From Dehalococcoidales bacterium (GTDB lineage Bacteria; Chloroflexota; Dehalococcoidia; Dehalococcoidales; Fen-1064): a DNA stretch of 64,000 nucleotides. The DNA lies in assembly GCA_016783135.1 (NCBI GenBank), contig JADHXC010000003.1, forward strand, positions 11,605-75,604, read 5' to 3'. Made by a program: the position numbers and the translations under genes. This document shows positions 28,769 to 38,017 of this stretch, in pieces (within the stretch, counting starts at the first letter, position 1; each line of letters opens with the position of its first letter). Below the pieces are notes generated by a model. The model searched no databases. It had not been told where the DNA came from and saw nothing but the letters and a program-made list of their open reading frames with translations.

Positions 28769-29905
28769 ATGAGAAGCGAAAGGATTCTGATTGTTGAGGC
28801 TGACAAGCACCTCAGGCTCTCCAGAGTCGACGTTCTCACGCGGGACGGCTACTCCGTTACCGGCGTTGCTACCATTGAAAAGGCGGTCCGGGTAGCCAGA
28901 GAGGAGCCTTTGGACCTTCTCATCATTGGTGGGGAGCAGCCGGTATTGCTGGACGCACTTCCAGGCCAGTTCCCACCGGAGCTGAGTATTCTGATGATAG
29001 TTCCAGAAGATACTGTGGGTCGTATCACCGAGAATGCCGGGGCAGGAATACGCTCCTTCCTGATTCCACCGGTCACACCACGCAGATTGAAGGAAAGGGT
29101 TGCTCGGGTTATCGATAGCGCAAGGCAGGTCAAGGAGAGCATCCGGGGCGAACTCCTTACCTCACCGGAGAACACCAGGCTGTCCGGCAGCGGTAAAAAG
29201 CAGTATCTTCAAATGCAGAGACTGCTCCAGGAAATATCCACAGCCCAGGAGAATGAGCGCCGTCGGGTAGCCGTTGAAATCCACGATGGTGTTGCCCAGT
29301 GGATGGTCGGGGCCTCATACGGTATCAAGGCATGCAGCGTCCTCGTTTCTGAACTGAGACTGGACGACCTGCAGCGAGAACTGGCCGAGACCGGACAGGC
29401 AGTGCAGAGAAGTATCAAAGAGCTGCGTCGCACCATTGCTAACCTGCGCCCGCTCCCGCTGGAGGAACTGGGGCTTGTCGCTGCCGTTCGCAAGGAAGCG
29501 GCAACACTTGCCGAAGATGCTATCATATGTCACACTGAGGTAGACGTAGACCTGCCCAGGCTTTCTATCCCTGAGGAGACTACAACCTACCGGATAATAC
29601 AGGAGATGCTGACCAATGTCAGGCGGCACTCCGGGGCGAGCGAGGTAACCGTGCACATGCAATACCGCGACGGCATGTACTCAGTGGCTGTCAGCGATAA
29701 CGGGCATGGCTTCGCCCCGGAAGAGGTGCTGAACAATGAGATGTCGGTGATGCACATTGGCATTATTGGTATGAAGGAACGTGCCGGACTGCTCGGTGGC
29801 TGCCTGACAATAGACAGCGGTCACGAACAGGGAACCGTTATGCGTTTTTCCTTCCCCGTTTCCATCCGGGAGACTATGAAGGCAACAGCAACAGTACGAG
29901 ATTGA
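28769..29905 (+). CDS. Pseudo-receiver + HisKA_3 histidine kinase
   Basis: Degenerate REC (LLIIGG in place of the phospho-Asp); ERRRVAVEIHDG, QEMLTNVRRHS, DNGHGF. Confidence 0.88.
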   Translation: MRSERILIVEADKHLRLSRVDVLTRDGYSVTGVATIEKAVRVAREEPLDLLIIGGEQPVLLDALPGQFPPELSILMIVPEDTVGRITENAGAGIRSFLIPPVTPRRLKERVARVIDSARQVKESIRGELLTSPENTRLSGSGKKQYLQMQRLLQEISTAQENERRRVAVEIHDGVAQWMVGASYGIKACSVLVSELRLDDLQRELAETGQAVQRSIKELRRTIANLRPLPLEELGLVAAVRKEAATLAEDAIICHTEVDVDLPRLSIPEETTTYRIIQEMLTNVRRHSGASEVTVHMQYRDGMYSVAVSDNGHGFAPEEVLNNEMSVMHIGIIGMKERAGLLGGCLTIDSGHEQGTVMRFSFPVSIRETMKATATVRD

Positions 29906-29916
29906 GGGATGTAGCG

Positions 29917-30558
29917 ATGAGTGAATCACGAACTATTAAAGTACTGCTGGTCGATGACCATCATGTGGTCCGTGAGGGACTGCGGCGGATACTGGAAATG
30001 GACGATGCAATAGACGTTATCGGCGAGGCCAGGAGTGGCGAAGAAGCCGTGGCCAAAGCCGTTGCGCTGTCACCGGACGTCATTGTTATGGACCTCAAGA
30101 TGCCCGGGATGGACGGCATTGCCGCCACCCGCGAGATAAAGGGGAAACTACCCGATGTCAACGTGCTGGTGCTGACGCTTTATGCCGAGGACTTCGTGAA
30201 GCAGGCTATGGAAGCCGGCGTAGCCGGTTACCTGCTCAAGGACAGTGATTCCGAGCAGATAACCAGGGGAGTCCACCAGGTATATGAAGGCCTTTCTCCG
30301 ATTGCACCATCTCTCACCCGGGGTCTGGTGACCGAGTTTGCCAAGCTCAGCCGGAGCAGTCGCTCCTCAGTTCTTACCCCACGGCAGGTAGATATACTCA
30401 AGCTGATTGCCGAGGGGGAGAGCGGCAAGTCTATCGGGGAACACCTCTTCCTGAGCACATCCACGGTGAAGCGGGAGGTACGGCACATCTTTGACAAGCT
30501 GGGTGTGAACGACCGCGCCCACGCTGTCTCCGAGGCTATGAAGCGGGGGCTTCTCTAG
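29917..30558 (+). CDS. NarL-family response regulator
   Basis: VDDHHVVREG, MDLKMP and a LuxR HTH. Confidence 0.95.
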   Translation: MSESRTIKVLLVDDHHVVREGLRRILEMDDAIDVIGEARSGEEAVAKAVALSPDVIVMDLKMPGMDGIAATREIKGKLPDVNVLVLTLYAEDFVKQAMEAGVAGYLLKDSDSEQITRGVHQVYEGLSPIAPSLTRGLVTEFAKLSRSSRSSVLTPRQVDILKLIAEGESGKSIGEHLFLSTSTVKREVRHIFDKLGVNDRAHAVSEAMKRGLL

Positions 30559-30680
30559 TCACATGTCATCTCCTGCACTGTCTTCACCCCGCAGCCTTTC
30601 CTGCCCCGGAATCCTGGTTCGTCTGGGTCATGGCTATGCCCTACAGGTGCTATGTAAATGTTCTCTTTAGCCACGGAAGA

Positions 30681-30746
30681 TTACCTCTTTAGTCCTCTTT
30701 TGCTGACTATTTAGACCTTACAGATGATTGGAGAACATGAGAAAAT
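30681..30746 (+). promoter_or_regulatory. Regulon promoter copy 2
   Basis: TTACCTCTTTAGTCC...TTAGACCTTA-N17-TGAGAAAAT. Confidence 0.7.
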
Positions 30747-30804
30747 GGTATCAGAGCATGAGAGAATAATCTCATTGAAGATGATTGGTTAGAGAGAGGA
30801 CAGG

Positions 30805-31488
30805 ATGAATACTGGGCTACTTTCCGATACCATTGCAGCCATAACGGCGGAGAAGACCGGGATTATCCGTGTGCTTGTCGTCGATGACCATCACGTGGTA
30901 CGTGAAGGTCTGCGGCGGATGCTTGAACTGGAAAGCAGCATACAGGTAGTCGGTGAGGCAAGAAGCGGCGAAGAGGCTATCGCCAAGGCTATCTCGCTGT
31001 CACCGGATGTCATCGTCATGGACCTTAAGATGCCCGGAATGGACGGTATCACCGCCACTCGTGAGATAAAACAGAGAATGCCCGATATAGGCATACTGGT
31101 ACTGACACTGTACGCCGAAGATTATGTGAAGCAGGCCGTGGAGGCCGGCGTATCCGGCTACCTGCTCAAGGACAGTGATTGCGAGCAGATAACACGCGCC
31201 ATAGAAGAAGTATATCGAGGCCTTTGCCCGATAGCCCCCTCTCTCACCCGGGAACTGGTCATGGAGTACGCCGAGCTCAGTCGGACCAGCCGGTCTTCGA
31301 TACTGACCAAACGACAGGTCGAGATACTGAAGCTGATTGCCGAGGGGGAGAGCGGCAAGGAAATCGGCAACCGTCTTTTCATCAGCACCTCCACCGTGAA
31401 GCGGGAAATTCGCCAGATTCTTGCCAAACTCAAGGTAAGCGACCGCGCCCAGGCAGTATCCGAGGCCATCAAGAGAAGGCTCATCTAG
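30805..31488 (+). CDS. NarL-family response regulator, tandem paralog of 29917..30558
   Basis: REC and HTH segments nearly identical to the upstream gene. Confidence 0.95.
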   Translation: MNTGLLSDTIAAITAEKTGIIRVLVVDDHHVVREGLRRMLELESSIQVVGEARSGEEAIAKAISLSPDVIVMDLKMPGMDGITATREIKQRMPDIGILVLTLYAEDYVKQAVEAGVSGYLLKDSDCEQITRAIEEVYRGLCPIAPSLTRELVMEYAELSRTSRSSILTKRQVEILKLIAEGESGKEIGNRLFISTSTVKREIRQILAKLKVSDRAQAVSEAIKRRLI

Positions 31489-31497
31489 CCCATACCA

Positions 31498-31538
31498 CCC
31501 ATGCCCCATGGCCCCATGCCCCATGGCCCCATGCCCCA
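31498..31538. repeat. 15-bp tandem repeat (CCCCATGCCCCATGG, about 2.7 copies)
   Basis: Directly visible just after the stop codon at 31488. Confidence 0.85.
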
Positions 31539-31631
31539 CTGCCATCCACCTGTTACCCCCTTCCTGACCTGATGAGGTCAGCCCGTTTGCCCCCCGGTGC
31601 TACCGCATTGCCCCACACAAGGCCACGAAAC

Positions 31632-31697
31632 CTGCTTGTTTGGTTCCCTATTCCTGTCTACTAAGACCTTACGCCCTACTCATATGCATGAGACAAT
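31632..31697 (+). promoter_or_regulatory. Regulon promoter copy 3
   Basis: TAAGACCTTA-N17-TGAGACAAT. Confidence 0.65.
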
Positions 31698-31858
31698 TAT
31701 TACTATGAGACGCAGTATGTCTTATATGGTGGCGAGCAGGACCACCGGCAGGCCAGGTACTGACCCCGAGCCACGAAATCGTGGGGGGTGTTTTTGTACC
31801 CGACTTCGGGGAATAATGCGCCTGGCTGTCACCCGGGACGGCTCCCTGCTCTCAGGAG

Positions 31859-34282
31859 ATGTATCTTGCAGTGGTGTATCGGAGAATGGAGGTTTTGAGT
31901 AGCGGAATGACCGAGCTTCAGAAGACGGAGAGAGATTACCGGCGGATAGACCGGAACTCCCTGTTCCTGCTGCTCCTGCTGACCGTACCGGCAGGAGTGA
32001 TGGCGGTAGTCCTCTACCTGTGGCCGGATGCAGTGTGGACCGCCCCGGTACCTTATAGTGCGGTGGGAATACTCGGCTCATTTGCCGCCCTGCTCCTGGC
32101 GGTCTTCCTCTTCGCACGATACCGGACACAACCTCGAATCCTCTATCTCAGCGCCGGTCTCCTGGCTATGGGCATAATCGATGGCTTCCATGCCGTCTCA
32201 ACACCGGGGTCCACGGAGTTCGTCTGGCTGCATTCAATCGCCGGCATCATCGGTGGGACCTTCTTCGTTCTCTACGCCCTCGCCGAAACAACGAGTCTCC
32301 GTGTACCGTCGGTCAAGGTCACAGCCAGGGGAGTCGGCGGGTTGCTCGGTGGGTTAGCCGCGGCCGCATTAATCTGCAGCGTTCTCCCGATGGTTCTTTC
32401 GGACGGTCTGCCCGCCGTGGCACAGGATGGCCAGCTTACCGCCGTTGCCTGGACCTTGAACGCCGTACCGGCGGCACTCTTTTTCATTGCCGGTGTCAGC
32501 CTGTTTCGCCAGTACCGCAAGACCGGCGCTAATGAGCTATTCCTGCTGACCGCGATACTTATCTTCCTGTTCCAGGCATGCGAGGTTTTCTACTTCGCCA
32601 CGTTATGGGGTGTCATCTGGTGGTTCTGGCAGGCAATGCGACTGGTGGTCTATATGGCTGTTCTCGCCTATGTTCTCAAGGAGTACATACAGACCAGCGA
32701 GTCGCTATCGGTCGAGATTGAGGAACGCACCAAGGCGGTACAGGCCCTCAGGGTGGCAGAGGAGGACTGGCGTAACTCCTTCAACTCACTGGAAGAGGTA
32801 ATGCTCATCATTGACAGGGACTACAACATCGAGAAGGTGAATAGCAGCGGGCTGGTACTCCTCAAGAGAACTCAACGAGCCGTCACGGGGCGGAAATGCT
32901 ACCGCGTTATGCGCCATATGGATAAGCCCTGCGGATTCTGCCCCATCCGGCACACGCTGGAGAACAAGACCGTAGAATCCGTAGAGCGGTACGACGAGAT
33001 CTATAAACGGCATTACCACATGAAGAGTGCCCCGATACTTGATGAAAACGGCGAAATCACCAAGGTTGTCTTTTCCATGAGTGATATCACGGAACGAATC
33101 AACGCCGAGGCCAAGGAGAAGATACTGCAGAGGGAGCTCAGCCTGACCAGCCGCCTGGCTTCTATCGGCGAGGTAGCCGCCGGGATTACTCACGAGATAA
33201 ACAACCCGCTGACCGGCGTGATTGCCTTCGCCCAGATGCTGATGCAGATGGATGTTCCCAAGAATATGAGAGAAGCGGTGGAGGTGATTCACAACGGGGC
33301 AAACCGGGTGGTCGGGATTGTGGATAAGCTCCTCACCTTCGCACGCCGTAACCGTCCTGATAAAGAGTACGCAGACATCAACGACATCCTGACCAACACC
33401 CTGGCAATGCGCTCCTATGAAATGCGTATCAACGACATCAACGTATCGTACGACCTCGATGAAGACCTGCCTAAGACCATGGCCAATATCGGTAAGCTCC
33501 AGCAGGTATTCCTGAATATCATCGTGAACGCAGAACAGGCAATGGGAAGGGCACACGACGGGGGAGAGTTATCCGTGAGGACCGAGAGAATCGACGACAA
33601 GATACATATTTCCCTGGCCGATGATGGTCCCGGGGTTCCCGAAGACATCATCGATAAGCTGTTTGACCCCTTCTTCACGACGAAGATAGATGACGGTGGG
33701 ACAGGACTGGGACTGAGTATCTCCTACGGAATTGTCAAGGAGCATGACGGCAGGATATACGTCAGGAGTGTTCCCGACAAAGGGGCTACTTTCGTGGTCG
33801 ACCTGCCGATAGTGGCCGCAGTCCAGCAGCCGGAGCAGGAAGAGTTCTCTGTCCAGGAGTCGGCCAGGGTGACCTCGGCAAGGATACTGGTGGTGGATGA
33901 TGAGCCACACATCTGCCGTGCCCTGGACAGGCTGCTAACCCACGAGGGGCACAAAGTAGACACCGCAGGCAATGCTAAAGTGGCCCTGCGCAAGATGTTA
34001 AAAACGCAATATAACCTTATCCTGCTGGACATCAGGATGCCAGGCATGAGTGGTATCGAGCTCTACCAGCAGATGAAGGAGGCAGTCCCGGCATTACAGC
34101 AAAGGGTAATCTGTGTAACCGGGGACGTTATCAGTGCCAAGAACAAGGCCTTCCTGGAGGAATCAGGAATACCTTGTATAGTCAAGCCATTCGGCGTTGA
34201 TGAACTAATGAGTTTGGTAAAACAAGTACTGGGAGGAGAGACTGAAGATGCACAAATCACGTATTCTCATAGTGGACGATGA
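31859..34282 (+). CDS. Hybrid histidine kinase (multi-TM MASE3-like sensor, PAS, HisKA, HATPase, REC)
   Basis: About eight TM helices with MGIIDGFHA/WLHS, PAS, THEINNPL, PFFTTK and a C-terminal REC; exact start uncertain. Confidence 0.92.
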   Translation: MYLAVVYRRMEVLSSGMTELQKTERDYRRIDRNSLFLLLLLTVPAGVMAVVLYLWPDAVWTAPVPYSAVGILGSFAALLLAVFLFARYRTQPRILYLSAGLLAMGIIDGFHAVSTPGSTEFVWLHSIAGIIGGTFFVLYALAETTSLRVPSVKVTARGVGGLLGGLAAAALICSVLPMVLSDGLPAVAQDGQLTAVAWTLNAVPAALFFIAGVSLFRQYRKTGANELFLLTAILIFLFQACEVFYFATLWGVIWWFWQAMRLVVYMAVLAYVLKEYIQTSESLSVEIEERTKAVQALRVAEEDWRNSFNSLEEVMLIIDRDYNIEKVNSSGLVLLKRTQRAVTGRKCYRVMRHMDKPCGFCPIRHTLENKTVESVERYDEIYKRHYHMKSAPILDENGEITKVVFSMSDITERINAEAKEKILQRELSLTSRLASIGEVAAGITHEINNPLTGVIAFAQMLMQMDVPKNMREAVEVIHNGANRVVGIVDKLLTFARRNRPDKEYADINDILTNTLAMRSYEMRINDINVSYDLDEDLPKTMANIGKLQQVFLNIIVNAEQAMGRAHDGGELSVRTERIDDKIHISLADDGPGVPEDIIDKLFDPFFTTKIDDGGTGLGLSISYGIVKEHDGRIYVRSVPDKGATFVVDLPIVAAVQQPEQEEFSVQESARVTSARILVVDDEPHICRALDRLLTHEGHKVDTAGNAKVALRKMLKTQYNLILLDIRMPGMSGIELYQQMKEAVPALQQRVICVTGDVISAKNKAFLEESGIPCIVKPFGVDELMSLVKQVLGGETEDAQITYSHSGR

Positions 34283-34943
34283 TATCGGTGTCGTGAAATC
34301 AGTCCGTGCCAATCTAAAGGCACGGAACTGGGAGACATTGGTCGCCATGGATGGTGTCGAGGCGCTCGAAGTCATCGGACGGGAACAGCCTGACCTGATT
34401 CTTCTGGACATAACCATGCCCAAGATGGACGGCTTTGAGGTCTGTCGACAGGTCCGGGAGTGGTCACGGGTGCCGATTATCATGCTCAGCGCCCGCCGTA
34501 ATGTCGAAGAGAAGGTCAGGTGCCTGAATATCGGTGCCGATGACTACATCACCAAACCCTTCGGTGTGAACGAACTGACAGCAAGAGTCACGGCGGTACT
34601 GCGCCGCACCGGTGAATCAGGCGTAGAGCCGTCCGCATCCAGCTTCAGTAGCGGCGACCTTTCCATCAATTTCGTAGAAAGACGAGTAACCATCGACGAT
34701 AGGGAAATCAAACTCACGCCAACGGAATACAACCTGCTGCAGGAACTGGTGCTTGGCGCAGACAGGGTCTTCTCCCACTCTACGTTACTTGGCAAGGTGT
34801 GGGGACCGGAGTACGTCAGCGAAAGGGAGTACCTGCACGTCTTCGTAGGGCGTCTACGGAAGGAAATTGAATCAGACCCGACACATCCACAGTATATTAT
34901 CACCGTGCCCGGAGTGGGCTACAAGTTCCAGACCGCATCCTGA
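34248..34943 (+). CDS. OmpR/PhoB-family response regulator (KdpE-like)
   Basis: GADDYITKPF, LTPTEYNLL, VWGPEY and TVPGVGY motifs. Confidence 0.95.
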   Translation: MHKSRILIVDDDIGVVKSVRANLKARNWETLVAMDGVEALEVIGREQPDLILLDITMPKMDGFEVCRQVREWSRVPIIMLSARRNVEEKVRCLNIGADDYITKPFGVNELTARVTAVLRRTGESGVEPSASSFSSGDLSINFVERRVTIDDREIKLTPTEYNLLQELVLGADRVFSHSTLLGKVWGPEYVSEREYLHVFVGRLRKEIESDPTHPQYIITVPGVGYKFQTAS

Positions 34944-34970
34944 AGTCCAACCCGTATCCCCGACCACTAT

Positions 34971-35006
34971 AAAGGGTATCCGGACTCCTCCCCCGGATAC
35001 CCTTTT
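34971..35006 (+). terminator. Intrinsic terminator
   Basis: Stem AAAGGGTATCCGG/CCGGATACCCTTT ending in a T run. Confidence 0.8.
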
Positions 35007-35299
35007 ATATTACATCTATATTGCCTGAGCTTCCCCAGGACCCCTCAAAGGCATCTTGGCAGTACCTCTCCCCAGCCCTAACGACACCCACCACCTGGTG
35101 AATATGTAGCCAGCCCTCCCCAAACGTGAAGAAACTCGCCTCTATCTCCGGTATGACCATCCTTTCCTGTTACCCCAGCTCTGTGTTCAAACCGCTGTTC
35201 GCTCCATCATAACCCTCGCGGGCCAGCCCGGCCGGACTTATCTCACTCTCCAGTCATTATCTTCAGCGGAGACCTGCCTCTACCTGTACTGATACGTGA

Positions 35300-35337
35300 T
35301 GACCCAATTCTGACCCTTTTTTGACCCAATTATGACC
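35300..35337 (+). promoter_or_regulatory. Four TGACC boxes at 11-bp period (OmpR/PhoB-type array)
   Basis: TGACC at 35300, 35311, 35322 and 35333. Confidence 0.65.
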
Positions 35338-35463
35338 TGCCAGGGGGTGTTCATTGTTGGCCAAAAGGACTATCATTCTGATACTCGGACCACCAATCTG
35401 ACACCAAAAGGTCATGATTGTGACCCCGGGGTGAGCAGAACAGCATAATGCTGGTCCTCTGGC

Positions 35464-35925
35464 ATGCTGCCAGGGAGGGTGTGTACTGTATTGGGCAAGT
35501 CGATAGGCGGATTACTAGTCGGTGTAATACTGGCAACGGTGCTCTTCATATGCCTGCCATCCCCCTTTCCGATGGCGGTCACAGCGGAGAATGCCAGCCA
35601 GCCGGATACCCTCAGTGACAACTTGACGGACAGTTACCAGACTATCTCCTCGGTGCTGACGGAAGCGGCCGGCCAATTTCAGGACGAAGACCTGGCAATA
35701 TTCTACGGCAAGCTGATAGACAGCTACGAGCTCGATGAAGGGTCTTCATGGCTGGCTCCGGACGACGGCTCGGACGACCCCGGGGTAGTGCCCGACATTG
35801 AGAAGATAACCCGTATGGCAATCACCATGCCGCTGCTGGAAGTACGCGCTCAAATCCAGGATGAAGACATCGCCGCATTCTACCAGGACTTCCTGGAGAA
35901 GGTCGGCTGGATAGAGGTAGAGTAG
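35464..35925 (+). CDS. Hypothetical exported protein with internal duplication
   Basis: Signal/TM segment; QDEDLAIFY and QDEDIAAFY repeats. Confidence 0.65.
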   Translation: MLPGRVCTVLGKSIGGLLVGVILATVLFICLPSPFPMAVTAENASQPDTLSDNLTDSYQTISSVLTEAAGQFQDEDLAIFYGKLIDSYELDEGSSWLAPDDGSDDPGVVPDIEKITRMAITMPLLEVRAQIQDEDIAAFYQDFLEKVGWIEVE

Positions 35926-35940
35926 ACGGACAGAGGCCGA

Positions 35941-36228
35941 ATGAAGTACCTCATCACTCTTCTGTGCGGGTTCGAGATTTCCGATGGCATAATCACGCAT
36001 CTCCTCGTCGGCAACGGCCAGTTCCGGGAAGGCAACCCCCTGATGGCACCCATCGTTGGAGAAGGCAACTTCCTGCTGCTCAAGGTTGTGGGGGTTCTCC
36101 TATGTACGCTGGTACTGCTGAAAATGTACCGGCGTTTCCCCAGGGTCACTGTACTGACCACATCCAGTGTCGTCACGTTCTACGGGGCGGTCATCGCTTG
36201 GAACCTGGGCCTGTTCCTGGCAGTCTAG
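35941..36228 (+). CDS. Small membrane protein (DUF5658-like)
   Basis: D.IIT...G..REGNPLM...K pattern. Confidence 0.7.
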   Translation: MKYLITLLCGFEISDGIITHLLVGNGQFREGNPLMAPIVGEGNFLLLKVVGVLLCTLVLLKMYRRFPRVTVLTTSSVVTFYGAVIAWNLGLFLAV

Positions 36229-36423
36229 CAAGGTGCTGAAAAACCCTTTCGACCAATCCCCGTGCGGCCCAGATGGGTCGCCTTCCCCCTTCCTGGTCAG
36301 GAAGGGGGAAAGATTATGCCTGGGGATACCCCCAGGTCTGGGGGACACCCCCAGACCCCTGCCAAAGGGGCTTGGCCTCTTCTGAGGGGCACCCCCTCTG
36401 GACTCCCCTTATTCAGCAGCCTC
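36229..36423. mobile_element. MITE-like non-autonomous element
   Basis: Flanked by CTAG on both sides; imperfect terminal inverted repeats (CAAGGTGCTGAA / GAGGCTGCTGAA); internal GC-rich hairpins. Confidence 0.65.
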
Positions 36424-36600
36424 CTAGTACTACATCACCAGTGCCGCGCCAGCAGAGTAGCCCTGCTTCGTTACGAGCCCGCCGCACCAGTAACAGTCCA
36501 TCCGGTGTGCCCTGCTTATCCACCCCCGGAGCATGTGACCCGCACGTATCATGCTGCTGGCCCCTGGTACTATCACCACGCCCGCTTGAGCCAAGGAAAC

Positions 36601-36666
36601 TTGCGTTTTCAGGTCTCCCCAAGTAGCCGCTTAGACCTTATATGGGCGACGTTCATATGCGACAAT
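36601..36666 (+). promoter_or_regulatory. Regulon promoter copy 4 (cheY)
   Basis: TTAGACCTTA-N17-TGCGACAAT. Confidence 0.7.
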
Positions 36667-36684
36667 GAGACTATTGGCGAAGTC

Positions 36685-36756
36685 ACGGTGAAGCCGTCAG
36701 AACGGTGAAGCCGTCAGAACGGTGAAGCCGTCAGAACGGTGAAGCCGTCAGAACGG
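36685..36756. repeat. 17-bp perfect tandem repeat, four copies (ACGGTGAAGCCGTCAGA)
   Basis: Units start at 36685, 36702, 36719 and 36736. Confidence 0.95.
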
Positions 36757-36836
36757 CACCAGTGTACTTCCAGTAGTCTGGCCCTATGGGTGCCCGACCG
36801 TTAGATTTATGTCCTGTGACCGGGAGGAGACTGAAT

Positions 36837-37193
36837 ATGGCAAAGATACTGGTCGTAGAAGACGCCGTCTTCGTACGCAACTGGTGTTCCAAGTTACTTA
36901 GAGAGAAGGGCTATGACGTGGTTGAGGCAGCAAATGGTGACGAAGCCCTAAAGATATACAGGGAGGAAAAGCCGGACGGAGTATTACTGGATATCACCGC
37001 ACCCGAGACAGACGGTGTGGTAACGATACAGGCGATAATGAGGATGGACCCGGAGGCCCGGGTGGCCATGGTCACCGCTATGGGTCAGAATGCCGTGGTA
37101 TTGACCGCCATAGAAGCGGGAGCACGAGATTCCGTGATGAAGCCCTTCGACAGCAACAGGGTGCTGGATGCGGTGGAGAAGCTGGTCGGCTAG
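36837..37193 (+). CDS. cheY: CheY-like single-domain response regulator
   Basis: MAKILVVEDAVFVR, LLDITAPETDG, TAMGQ and KPFD resemble Bacillus/Thermotoga/archaeal-type CheY. Confidence 0.8.
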   Translation: MAKILVVEDAVFVRNWCSKLLREKGYDVVEAANGDEALKIYREEKPDGVLLDITAPETDGVVTIQAIMRMDPEARVAMVTAMGQNAVVLTAIEAGARDSVMKPFDSNRVLDAVEKLVG

Positions 37194-37313
37194 CTACCTC
37201 TCCCAGGCGCAAAACACACCCGCCGATAGCACAGATAGGAATATCAGGACATTGATTACTGTATTTTACCAATCCGGACCTTTACTGGAGCAGGTGGGAG
37301 ATTGGAGTAAGCC

Positions 37314-37892
37314 ATGAGTGATGACGGAAGTGGACTGCCTCAGGCAGTAATCGATGAGATGTTTGTTAAGCAGTCTGCCAAACAGAGCGCTGCCCTGCCG
37401 GAGGCGTCAGTGGCAGTCCTGCCAGATAGTGCGAATGAGCCGGTAGACGAGGGCGGTACTACTACCGCACGACCACACCAGAAGATAGAGTCGGAGACCC
37501 TGAGTACAACTGCGGCACCGCCGGTGACCCCGGTACTCGATGATGAGACCCTGGAGATAATGCGGCAGACCATGATTGCCCTCACAGAGCAAACGGCCAA
37601 ACTGGAAACTCACCTCCACCAGGTTGAACAGAAACAGAATACGACTGCCGAGTTTGGTGCGGCCATCCTGCAGCTGAAAGAGAAGCTGGAAGCCATGACC
37701 CGGCACTTCCTTGAGATAGACGGTCGCGTCATGACGGTCCTGAGAAAACTCCGGGATACTCCCTCTTACGGTGTCCGCAGCGATTTCACCTGCGAATCCT
37801 GCGGCTCTCAAGGTTTCGTTGCCATACCGCTCAAGTGCACCAATTGCGGTAAAGAGGGCTGGTGGGGTTGGTGGCCTGACCACAAGGAATGA
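37314..37892 (+). CDS. Hypothetical protein: FliM/CheZ-like peptide, coiled coil, C-terminal zinc ribbon
   Basis: LPQAVIDEMF; helical middle region; CESCG...CTNCG..GWWGWWP. Confidence 0.7.
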   Translation: MSDDGSGLPQAVIDEMFVKQSAKQSAALPEASVAVLPDSANEPVDEGGTTTARPHQKIESETLSTTAAPPVTPVLDDETLEIMRQTMIALTEQTAKLETHLHQVEQKQNTTAEFGAAILQLKEKLEAMTRHFLEIDGRVMTVLRKLRDTPSYGVRSDFTCESCGSQGFVAIPLKCTNCGKEGWWGWWPDHKE

Positions 37893-38017
37893 GGCCATTT
37901 ATTGTCCCCGACCCTTCGCATTTCGGAAAAAGCAGGGAGTAAAATACTCCGGTTATGCCGCACCGGGAGTGCGGACGCATATCAGGTACACCTGTCTGTT
38001 TCTCTCCCATGCTCAGG

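Noticed and set aside
34248-34943. kdpE assignment
   Set aside because: Similarity is only at family level; there is no kdpD or kdpFABC nearby.
36685-36756. Possible CRISPR array
   Set aside because: The 17-bp units are contiguous with no spacers, and no cas genes are present.
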